39,993 nucleotides of DNA, taken from Calcarisporiella thermophila CBS 279.70 (lineage: Eukaryota > Fungi > Calcarisporiellomycota). Shown here one piece after another: positions 23,946-35,775 of the stretch. The notes beneath the pieces were generated by a model. The model was not told the DNA's origin, ran no database searches, and worked only from the letters and a program-made list of their open reading frames with translations. Each line of letters begins with the position of its first letter. The first letter of the stretch is position 1. The stretch is taken from NCBI RefSeq assembly GCF_041956535.1, contig NW_027192205.1:266468-306460 (forward strand). The letters run 5' to 3'. The position numbers and the translations under genes were made by a program.

Positions 23946-24850
23946 TCAGTAATTCTTGTTGAAATTTTTTCGCAGAGCAAACTGCTCGGTGTAACGCTGT
24001 GCTTTGGTCTTGCGCTTGCGCTGCGGCGACCGCACGAAACAAATCGGCGCGATTTCATGCTTAAGAATAGTTTTGGGGTTGGAATCGAGGAAGTTATGCG
24101 TGCAGATGCCATTCACAATCATGGTCCATGAGCACTCGTGAGACTGGAGCATGGAGGGGTCACGAGTTAGCCATGAAGACAAGGGAAGAATGGATCAATG
24201 TGAGAGCATCATTACCTTTTCCAACAAAATTTTCTCTAGGGATCCGCACACCACATTCAGAGACAACATGAGACGAAAAGGAGAAGTCACCCCGAGCTCT
24301 TTCGTAAAAGTGGCCAGTTGCTCATAAACCTGCCTCACTGCTGATGGTGGGTGGCTGATATCTCTCTCGACATTTAGGACTATACCGCAAGAATCTATCT
24401 CAGCTTCATTCCGCTTAAATCGGCGAGAGCAATCAGAATCTTACCTCTCTTTTTCACAACACAAATAACTTCACATTCGTCACCCTCCCTCAACAAATTT
24501 CTAAAAGTCCACGATAATGCATAGAAATTCGTCCCGATGATAACCAGATACCGTCTCCCGTTCCTCTGCATTTCCTGTCCTCGGACCCCGAAAGTGAGGC
24601 GGCACGACATGGTCTTCGTGGTCTGAGAATGCTCCTCGCTGGTGACGACCAATCCCGCTTTCTCTTGCTCATTAGACTCATTGCCTGTTTCCGCGTCGGA
24701 GCCGAAATCAGATGGATGCGCATGTAAATTCCAAGCTGTATTCAGGCGCACCGTGTTGCGAGTGTCTTCATCGTCTTCCGTAGTGTCAGAATCTTCGCCA
24801 ACCGGGACGAGTTTGTCAGTAAAAGTGGGCTCTATTAACATCATAATCAT
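23946..24850 (-). CDS. Divergent universal stress protein (USP)-like protein, at least 3 exons
   Basis: Exons about 24850-24445, 24379-24216, 24143-23946. RRYLVII...ALSWTFRNLLREGDECEVICV resembles USP beta1-alpha1-beta2. MIVNG...ILKHEIAPICFVR resembles the USP C-terminal strands. The start is uncertain. Confidence 0.6.
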
Positions 24851-25107
24851 ATGAATTATTCTATTTATCGGTAGGAGCTGGTGTGCAATAAGGAAAAAAA
24901 AAGAACTCGTTCTTGCAGCGTTTTTTTTTATCACGATTTATTACGAAAGAGCTGCAGCACATGCTAATGCATTCAACATTTCTTTTCCCAGATCGCTGGG
25001 ATAAACTGAGCCACAGATTCTAATCCATTCTGAAACATCTTTATTACCCTAAAAAGTGGTGTCATTTTTTTTGACTTTCTCGGGATTTCTTGTTGATGAA
25101 TACAATC

Positions 25108-26139
<1,032 letters not shown>

Positions 26140-27110
26140 AAACACATGCTAGTCTATAAAGGCTTAATAACTAGCCCCTTCATTATAACAGGATAGAATA
26201 TTCCATGCCATGTGGCCTCTTTATGAGAGCGGTCTAGCTCTATGATTCTCCACTAACTGCCTGCTATTCCATTAAATGATTTTCTCTTAGAGCTCCAATT
26301 TGTATCCAATTTTAACGTGCCAAACATATCTCTTCACCATTTTACTTACAAACTGGTCGGTGTCTAGGCTCATGAATTTGAGCCGGGTCCTGCTGCGTGA
26401 TACTGGACCAGAAACAGATATAGCTCTGTGGGCTTATCCGAAGGTTTTCTTTTTAAGCAAACAACAAAGAAGCACGGTGAGGCTCTCAAGTGTCTGTGCC
26501 GGTCATGGCTGGGTGGAGTCCGCAGTCTGCTTGTAGCCTTACGATACCCGGAAAGCTTCAATTCCAAGTCAGAGGAACCCTTTCTTTCAGCGCATTCTCG
26601 ATTAATTTCTGAGCCCAAAAGAATTCGAAGTCGCTCCAACAAAAATTCAAATTTCAAATCTTTTTTCGAACATACTGAGAATTTCCATATTTTATATCCA
26701 TTTGCTATTTGTTACCAGGCTTCATTTAAGACCTAGATGATGAATTAAAATCGCATTATCTCGTTTGCCTTCTTTTCTTACATTCTCCCTATGATCCATC
26801 TTTTTCAGCACATCACTACCACCTCTCCGCTAACTCCATTAGAGTGGTAAGCACGGCTTTGAAGGACGCGCTCTTCATAGAATTCTTGATTGATTTCTCA
26901 CCTCTATTTCCTCTTCTTTCAATCAATTCACCTCAACCCCCTTTTTTCTTTCCCTGGATTCGGATAGATCCCATATTGAATTACTTTCCAATCATTCATT
27001 CGTTATATTAAAACTGCTATTGATCACATCCTTGTAAACATTTTATTTTTATCTTTCCGTGATTTCAACCTTTTGGTTGGAAAAGCACTAGCGAATTGAT
27101 TGATATAGAT

Positions 27111-30100
27111 ATGAATGGAACCTCACGAGCACTAAATGATAGAAATCGACGGGCCAAGGTACGTCTACGAGTGTTGGTTTAGAAGTAGGAGTTCGTGGTT
27201 GATTTGTCTGTTCCTTGTTATAGCTTTCCGCTGATTATCAAGAGCTTCTTGCCAAACTTTCCAGCCCAGATGTGTTTATGGTTGGCAATTATACCCTTGA
27301 TAAAACAATAGGTGAAGGTATGACTTATCATGTTGGCTCATAACACGCTCAGACATCTTACCTGACAATATGAAGGATCCTATGGCAAAGTGAAGCTCGG
27401 CTTGCATCGTTTAACCGGTCAAAAAGTGAGATTAGATCTCCCTACCCTGGATCATCGCTTATCTAATGTACCCCTTTTGTATACCAGGCTGCCATCAAAA
27501 AAATCTCAAAGCGTCATGCCCCACTCATCACTCGCGAAATCTTCCATCACCAACGTTTAGAACACCCAAATATTGTTCGCCTGTTAGAGATTCTCACTAC
27601 AGAAAATTATATTTATGTTGTGACCGAGTATTGCCCAAACGGAGAACTCTTCGACCATTTAATTGACAAGGGACGAGTGTCCGAGCGCACAGCACAGCGC
27701 TGGTTCCGGCAGCTTTGCAGCGCGGTGAAATATTGTCATGAGTTGAAGGTCGTGCACCGGTAACTAGGCTTCGTCGGCAATTTTTCTCTGCTACTCAGCG
27801 ATAACTTTGTTTCTCTTTTTTTTTTTCCTTTTTTTTCTTTCCTTAGTGACCTGAAACTGGAAAATATCTTGTTGGACGCAGATATGAACCTAAAGCTTGT
27901 GGACTTTAGCTTTAGTCGCGAGTGTGAGAGCCGACGAATGCTTGACACATTTTGTGGGAGCGTGGCCTACGCTGCTCCTGAAATGATAAAAGGACGGAAA
28001 TACTCTGGCCCAGGTGAATCCCCCCCGAAGTGCTTTGGATTCCTGGATGGCTATTAATCTCCTCCACTCATTTTGTTAGAGGCGGACATTTGGTCCCTTG
28101 GCGTGATTCTGTACACGTTATTATGTGGATATCTTCCTTTCGATGATGATGTGGAGGCCAACATTCACGCACAGATTCTTTCACTGGACTATGAGCTGCC
28201 AGAATTCTTAACCGAGGGTAAGCGAGCCTGCGAGTATAATTTGACCTGCTAAAAATAACCTTCTTGGCCGTATTTTATTTTGTTTTCCATATATATCAGA
28301 GAGCCGGGATCTCATCTCTCGTATCCTCAAAATTGAACCCAGTGAGCGCATCACCATGAATCAAATCATGGCTCACCCTTGGCTACAAATGAAGCTCTCG
28401 AGCAGAGTGCTGGGGGTCAATGGGGGCGATGATACTGAATCTTGCTGTAGCCGCCGAAACTCCACCTCCTCTAATCGATCACATACCCTCCGGCGAAGCT
28501 TGAGTAGCGATCGCATGAAGAAGCAACACGCACGATACCCTACCATTAGCCAACCCTCTCCTGCAGAGACAAACAGGGGGCTTTTTTCTCCCACGGATAC
28601 CATGACGTCGCCCCCATCCTCCGCCACATTTGCCGGTCTTGTTAATGGTGTGGGCGATATGCTAACGCCAACGGGAACGGGGCTCTCATGGCTGTATGAT
28701 GAAATCCCGCCCACGCCCATCTTTCCTGGTAACTTGAAAGAGCAACACTTGATTGCTTCGCTGGCAGCAGCAGGGCTGGATGTCGCGACAATCACACAGA
28801 GCGTGCGCTCGCGCACTTCAGACCCGGCTAGCGGGCTGTGGTATTTGCTGCTGGAAAAGGCGCAAAAGGATGATTCGAGCGACGAGAATGACCCATGCTG
28901 CCCACCCCCGCCCTCCAACGGTGCACCCCTATCCAAGCTGGACTTCAGGGAGGAAATGGAAGCGATGGGGCGAAGTGAGGCCGAGCAGACCTCGGTGGAG
29001 TACAGCGCGATCCCTCCAACCTTGTCGCACCGTTCGGCCCCTGCAACCCCCAATCCTAGCTTGCCCACCTCTCCAAACCCGCCGCTTACCCCACGCACCC
29101 TTAAGTTTACCTCTATGTTTAATAAGCTTCAGCAGTCCACGACCAAGGTTGGCTCCCCCACCTCACATCCACTGATGCATCGCAACAGTAAAGATGGTGG
29201 GCCACGGACCACCTCTGAGGTCGGGGTTGGTGCTGGGGCCAACCACTGGTTTACTTCTCTAAAATTCCTCTGGAGCCGTGTCGGGACCGATCGCCCGCGA
29301 TCGCTTGACATTGGTTCGCTTACTGGCAACCCGAAACGCGGTACCCCTGGAAGCGGAACCTCTAAGGTGAAACGAGCAGGCCATCGTCACCACCGCAGCT
29401 TGAGTGATAGCATGAAGGGCCTGCCCAAGGAGCAGATGCTGAGCTGGCTGTCCGACGGAGAGGAACAAAAGCAGCAGATCGGTGGCCTGAAAAATGCCCT
29501 TGCTTCGGAACAGCCGGGCGCTAATGCCCTAATTTCAGCCAAAGGCTCCCCGCCAAAACAGCAGGTGAATGAGGAGGCAAATAAGGGTCCCCATCCGCCC
29601 CCAATGTCACCGCTTCCTTCCTCTAGAACGATACCTTTATCGGCCGTTGAGTTGCGATCCCCTACCTCAACACCGCTCTATCATTCGTCCTCCTTTGGTG
29701 CCCGGAGGCGTAGTCTTCAGCTAGTTGACCATAACACCGCGAGTGAGAATGGAAGCCGTAGTTCTTCTACCGGTGCAGAGGCGAATGCTCCAGCGAGGAG
29801 CGCCGAGGAGAAGCAGGGTTTTTCACGAAACATTAAAGGCTTAACGCTAAATGGCCTTGCCACGCATAGTGCCAATGGAGGAGAGGGGGCAAAAAACATC
29901 CTCCATGGAATTCAGGTTCTTCGGAGGGCAGCCACACTGGACACCGCGGTTCGAGATGCATACCGGCGTGACACTCATCAGAAAGGGCAGGCACAAGGCC
30001 ACACGCTGGAGCTGATGTCTGAGAAAAATGACAGCCACCAGCCGAAAACACCCCCTGCCGCGATCACAAGCCATCGAACATTTGTGGAGGACAACACCAA

Positions 30101-30824
30101 GATGAGCGGCTTCAGGCCCCAGCTTCGGACGTCGAGTTCCGACTCGAATACTAGAGAATCGGATAAGACCCTCAGGCCTCACTCACACCCTCAAGTTGAG
30201 AAAAGAGCCGAAGCTCAAGCCAACTCCAAAATGGGGATGGCTATGACGGTGCAACGGGATAACACGGTGAGCAATAGCGAAGCGACCTCTCGCCCTTCCC
30301 CTACTCATAGTACCATCCCAGAGCCTTCATCGCCAGTCTCCTCGGCCTTAACGTCCCGGAATACCAAGTCCTCCAGCCCCTCTTCCAAAACTGCAACCTC
30401 GGTCGTTACAAATGCTATTGGCAATGTTTCCCCGCAGCGGCGAAGGGCTAACTCGCTGCAGCGGCGAGCCAATAGGAGCGCCAACCTGGATTCTATTGGA
30501 GAAGAATTGGAGAATAGTTCGCCGTCTCGTAATAATAACCAATTGCGCAACGCAACCAGAGAGCCTACCCAGAATCACCAGACACCCCGCCCCAATATGA
30601 CCAAAGTTAATGGAAGCGTGGAGAGATCCTCGTTTGGTCGACATCGTAGTGGATATTCATCCTCCCCCCTCAAACAATCGTATGCATACAGCCAGCACAA
30701 TGAGAGACGTGTTGAGGCCGGCAAGGGCTCCTTGGGGACACGGAGACGGGCGACAGTGAATGGTGGAATGGGAATCGGGCGGGTCATCCTAGAGGAGGAA
30801 GAAGAGGAGGAGGGGGAGGAGTAA
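27111..30824 (+). CDS. CAMK-group Ser/Thr kinase (MARK/AMPK-related, Ppk16-like) with a long disordered C-terminal tail
   Basis: Spliced kinase domain: [48 protein letters not shown] (DFG variant), [25 protein letters not shown]-like helix bundle [12 protein letters not shown]...GLWYLLLEK. Last exon about 28300-30824. Confidence 0.93.
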
Positions 30825-31351
30825 TCGTGCTTTCATTTTCTTCTTTTTTTAAATTTAGATTTTGTCTTGTTGTTCTACACTTGTAATTTTATTTATATAA
30901 TTATTCCTTTAGCTCATCCTCATTTATTTCAATGTGTATTTTTTTTTTTTCCTTTCGGCTTATTTCCTTTGTTATTAATTTGCCATTCTCTTGCGGTTCT
31001 CTGTCTAAACCCTCCCTTTTTTGCACTTGTTTTTGTTATCTTGGTTCTGGATTTCTAACATGAATCTCTGTCAGAATAAGATAGCCTCTATGTTAACTCT
31101 ACTCTACTCCATGACAGCTGCGTGAGCTTCCATCCCGCCGATGCGATTCCTGGACACATACTAGAGCATCTACCAACTTTATTAAGTCCCATTCCTCTTT
31201 GGAAACCATCTACTTTTATTTTAATAAACCAAATCTTCCCCGAGAAACATGTTGCCAAAAAAGAATTTGACCAGGAATAATTACTATGACCAATTTAATA
31301 CACTCAGACCAATCTTTGCCACTTTTCCAGTGTCTTCAATTTCCACTCACC

Positions 31352-32780
31352 ATGGACTATCTCAAGGTAAGCAAAGTAAAAGCGGCTTTTCATTTGGACG
31401 ATACATCCAATAAATACCATTCCTATATGCATGCCGCCTCCTGACCAGGATGTGTACTCCTTGTTGAAAGGGTGTACTCTTCTAGGTATCCCATTTCTCT
31501 TGTTCTCATTCAGCCGGGGCTGATGTAGCTAACGATGGATTATTTTCTTGTGGTTCGGTGACCATTGCATTAGTCTTGAAATCAACCAAGCTCTCCATCG
31601 ATTACTTGGTGGGTGGCCAGGTTGTTCGCCAGGGCTACTTTTCTTCTCTCTTCGCGTGTGCTGGACGCTCCTTTCTACGGCGTCGGAAAAATGCCACCGC
31701 GTTTGTGCTGAACCTCTACTTTTTCCTCGACACAAGACTCGCCTGGTTTATCTGGCCGAATTCTTGGACCCACTGGATAAAAGAACGGGACTTCCGAGGG
31801 CACTGGATTCAAAAGAGCGGAGAAAAAGCGGATATCGCCATCCTCTACGCACACGGTAGGGTGGCGGCCGTCCCGATTCTGAATAAAACTCCCCATATTA
31901 ATGTCTACATTGGTCTAGGGGGCGGGTTTATCTACGGCCATGACCTTATGTGGATGCCTTCCTTTGTTGCATGGATCCAACAGATCAAGAAGGAGACGGG
32001 GAAAAACGCGGCCATCCTTAGCCTAGAATACCGCAAGTGTTTTGGTGTAGGGAATCTTTCTTTGTTTTCTGTGCTAAGAGTCTATCCTTACTTTTTAGCG
32101 CTTGCTCCAAAACGAATCTACCCCACTCAGCAGTTGGAGTATTTGGCCGCCTACGACTATCTACTACACCAAAAGCAGATCCCAGCGGATAAACTCATAT
32201 TCGGTAAGGTTTCTGGTTATTCCCATTCCCACTACGCGTAGACTCATCCGTCTCTCCCCCGCCCCCCCGTCATCCCATGTCAATAATAGCCGGGGATGAC
32301 GCGGGAGGGAATCTTGCACTTTGCAGTGCCCTCAAACTCCACTTTAACCTCGAGCATGAACTTGAGAATGCGACTCCCTTGCCCGCGGCTCTCTTCCTCA
32401 TCTCCCCCTGGGTCAACATGGCCCATGTCTCCCGCTCGATGTACCAAAACTTCGGCTACGACTACCTCTATCCACCCAGCCTCAACCAGTGGCGCGACAC
32501 CTATCTTCCAAAAGGGTACTCCTATCTCGACACCGATGCTTCCCCACTCCACGCCGCCAGCTTCAAAGGGCTGCCCCCCACGCTCCTTGCTTTCGGCGGG
32601 CTGGAGGTGTTCCATGATGACTTGGTCATGCTTGCCAGGCGTCTGCGGGATTCCCGAGTGGGGGTTGACGTGTGGCTCGAGGAGAAGGGCATCCACGATT
32701 TTTGCCTCCTGATGCGGAGGGATGTGCACCGTGGGGCGGAAAAGTTGACCAAATTCATCAAGGAGTACGTGGGTTTGTAG
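31352..32780 (+). CDS. Alpha/beta hydrolase, HSL/abhydrolase_3 (Say1-like) family, with atypical GDDAG nucleophile motif
   Basis: After splicing: ILYAHGGGF, LSLEYPLAP, IFAGDDAGGNL, LISPWVNM, SPL, PPTLLAFGGLEVFHDD, GIHDF. Predicted short first exons MDYLK and DVYSLLKGCTLL. Confidence 0.88.
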
Positions 32781-32983
32781 GGATTTGAGCGTTTCTATAA
32801 GGGGGTTTGTTCAGACCACCGAAATTTTATTACAACTGTCCATACTTGTATCCTTAATAGCGATAGTGTCTGTCCCTGCTTTTGTGTTCATTGTATAATT
32901 ACCAAATGTCTCTTACTAATACTGTTAGCAGCTAAATAAAATGTATATAGAAATGAAAGTGGGCCGATGTACTGAGCTCGTGC

Positions 32984-33956
32984 CTATGACCAAGCGTAGT
33001 ACTCCTTTGGCAGCACACAGACGGGCGCCGTGAACACGGAATTTAACACGTCCTTGCTATCGAAATAAAGAGAGGAGTTGGCTTCTCTTCGTTTCACATC
33101 AAGCAAACTCTGCCCCCTCTTCCCATCTCCAATTACCTTTCTCCCCCTCGCACCTGCACCACCAGCCGAAACCAGCCGCCCATCCGTACCCCGAGCGACG
33201 GAAAACTGAACCGCAGGCACTCTCCATAAATGGACTTGGTCACCTCCGCCTTTGCTAATCGATCCCCCACGAGGAGATCGACATCTTTATCTGGTATCTT
33301 CTCGTAGATGGGATACCCGCTCACGTTGGCAGCATAGACATAGGCCATAAGCCCCTCGGCAGCCTTCTCCAAGCTACTTAGAAAAGGGGAGAAGAGCCCT
33401 GTTAGTTCCTAGGAGGGGACCAGACAATAGGATAGACGCAGGGTCTCTCCTCTCCCACTTTCCTCCCCGGTAAGCAGGAGACATTCGAAGTGAGGGTGAG
33501 ATCCTGTTAGGTTCTCTACTTTACTCTTTGACAAAATTCCCCTTGTCATCTATCGGCGAACAGAAGATAACCAGGGGCGACTGCAGCTTGTTTGTGTCCG
33601 ACACTTCGTCCTTTTCTTGGAGCGCGAGGCCAAAATTGGGTTGCTGGGCAATCTGAAGCCAGTAGCTTATCAGGATGAAGAGAGGTAAGCAAAGGTAAGA
33701 GAAAACCACCCGCCAGAGGGAGAGCTCAGCACACTGGGGGAGAAGACACTTACTAATAACCCATACTTCACAAGAGGAGACTCTGCATAATATCCCTGGG
33801 GGAGTAGTTGGTATTTGGCGGAAGTCGAGCAGGATATCAGAAAAAAATAGAGGTGGGTTGGAACCAGGGAGGAGGAGGGAGGGGTCATCAGGGCGCTATT
33901 ATAACTTTTCCACTGCATAGCGGCCGGGATTACGTCTCTACCGCTTGTTCATGCAT
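32984..33956 (-). CDS. Velvet-like domain protein A (about 164 aa, 5 exons), highly divergent
   Basis: Exons 33956-33942 (uncertain), 33795-33767, 33665-33525, 33373-33137, 33056-32984. YWLQIAQQP, LLVG, FSFPSLGVRMGGWFRLVVQV and VLNSVFTAPVCV match the velvet pattern YxLxxxQQP / FxFxDLSVRxEGxFRL / LAxVxSxPFxV. Confidence 0.72.
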
Positions 33957-34503
33957 GAAAACAGTGCCGTTCCGGATTAGGTTCTTGTAAGAGGATGACG
34001 AAAGCGGCCGTGAGAAATAGGGAGCCCTCGCCGAGAGATCCTCGAGGAGAGATCTAAACGAAAAGGTGCCGGCATCCGGGGGAGGAGGGACAAGACATGG
34101 AATGGGTCAGCGCTAAGATGGGAGCGGAGTCGAAAAAGAGGGTTACTCGCCATCTGCGAAGTTTATATTGCTGGGGAGTGCGCGTGATATCACTTTGGAT
34201 TTCTATTTTATTTCTGTTCTGTTTTCCCCTCGTAAAGGCTGTTCAGAGTTTTTTTGGGGACACTCGCATGCACATGTCAAACTGAACACAATAAAAGGAA
34301 AACAGCGGATGAAATGCAGGCATTAGACAATAAGAAGGAAACACCGGAATGACATGGAAAAGCATGGAAAGAACATGAAGAGACATGAAAAAGTAAACAC
34401 AACCAGTCCATCAATAAATAAAACAAAAGAATGAGATGAGATACAAGGCTGCTGTCGTTGCAATAAAGTTCAAGCACCCTCTGGAACTTCCTCCCACACC
34501 AAA

Positions 34504-35272
34504 TCACGGATGAACGTAGACGCTCTCCGTCCAAACGGTGGCGACGGGCTGGCCTGGTCTAAACCGAGAAAGATAAAAAAAGGGGGGGGGGCTAAGACGA
34601 TTTGCCAGAAAAAAACAACTAGGGAGAATAAAGCCCAAGCAAACGTCAAGCTACTAACACCTCTCTCCAATAGAGCCCTATTTGGAGCGTATAATAGCCG
34701 GCCTGCCGCATGCAAAGCTCCTCGAAGTAAAAATAGGCGCTCTCGCTATTATACACGTCGCGGAGCACCCTGGCGTTGGCGGAGCGAGTCCCAAGTATCT
34801 GGCTCTCATCCACCATCGAGCCATCGCTCCTGGTCGCAAACACATACGCGTACAACGGGGCCGTGTACGAGACTAGATTTCTGTGGGTTGGTTTGAAAAT
34901 AGGCTTCAGAGCCGTGCGGTTGGGCCACCAGCATCATCGACCAAACAATTCCACATGGCTTTACCTTGTAATGACTTCTCCGGCCTGATCGAGCGGGTGG
35001 CATTGGACAATCAGCGACTCTCTGAGCTTTGTAGTCGGTGTAGAGAGGAGAGTCCGTATCAGCCATCCCCCCACCATACTCTGGCTCTCAGCAAAACAGG
35101 GGACCCACCTTGTGCGTCTTGCTCCAGCCGTCATTGTTGTAAATAGCAGAGCCTCTAGTAGGCTGCTGAGAGATGGAGAGCACGTACCTAGACTCCCAGA
35201 GGGAACAGAATATATGAGTGGCAGCTCAAGTCCCAACTGAGGGTTGGAATTAGGCCTCATTCACCTTGACAT
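34504..35272 (-). CDS. Velvet-like domain protein B (141 aa, 5 exons), tandem paralogue of A
   Basis: Exons 35272-35265, 35187-35109, 35026-34965, 34880-34659, 34558-34504 give MSRYVLSISQQPTRGSAIYNNDGWSKTHKLRESLIVQCHPLDQAGEVITRNLVSYTAPLYAYVFATRSDGSMVDESQILGTRSANARVLRDVYNSESAYFYFEELCMRQAGYYTLQIGLYWREVPGQPVATVWTESVYVHP*. A further upstream exon is possible (acceptor near 35340). Confidence 0.78.
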
Positions 35273-35775
35273 TTCAAAATGATCCTTCAACAAGAGAAAT
35301 GGCGGGCACCGGGTGAAAAGCCTCTCTCTCCGAAGCACCTAGGAAAAAAAAAACAAAAAAAGTGAGGCTTTCACATTTAGGTTCCTGACACCGAGGTATT
35401 GACAAGAGTATAAAGACAATCTATCTCCTCATCGATGAACCCCACAGCCAATCAGATTACATTGTTTGTTTTATTTTCGCAGGATTATTCATATGCTTGC
35501 CCCCTGATCTTCTCACGGCGGATACATTAGAGAGTTTATTAGACACAGATATCTCAAAAGTACTTCAAGTGAATTAAAGCATTATCGTATTTACAACGGA
35601 ATAATAAGACAAACTACCATAGCTAGTAGGATAAATCGGCGTGCTCAAAAAAGGCGAAAACAAGACAAGATTGAGGCTAGGATTGAGAAGCGAGGAAGAG
35701 ATGAGGGCAGTGTGGGATAATAAAACACAGGGTGTAATAAAAAAAAACTAAAGGGTAAAAATCCAATGCAAAAGT

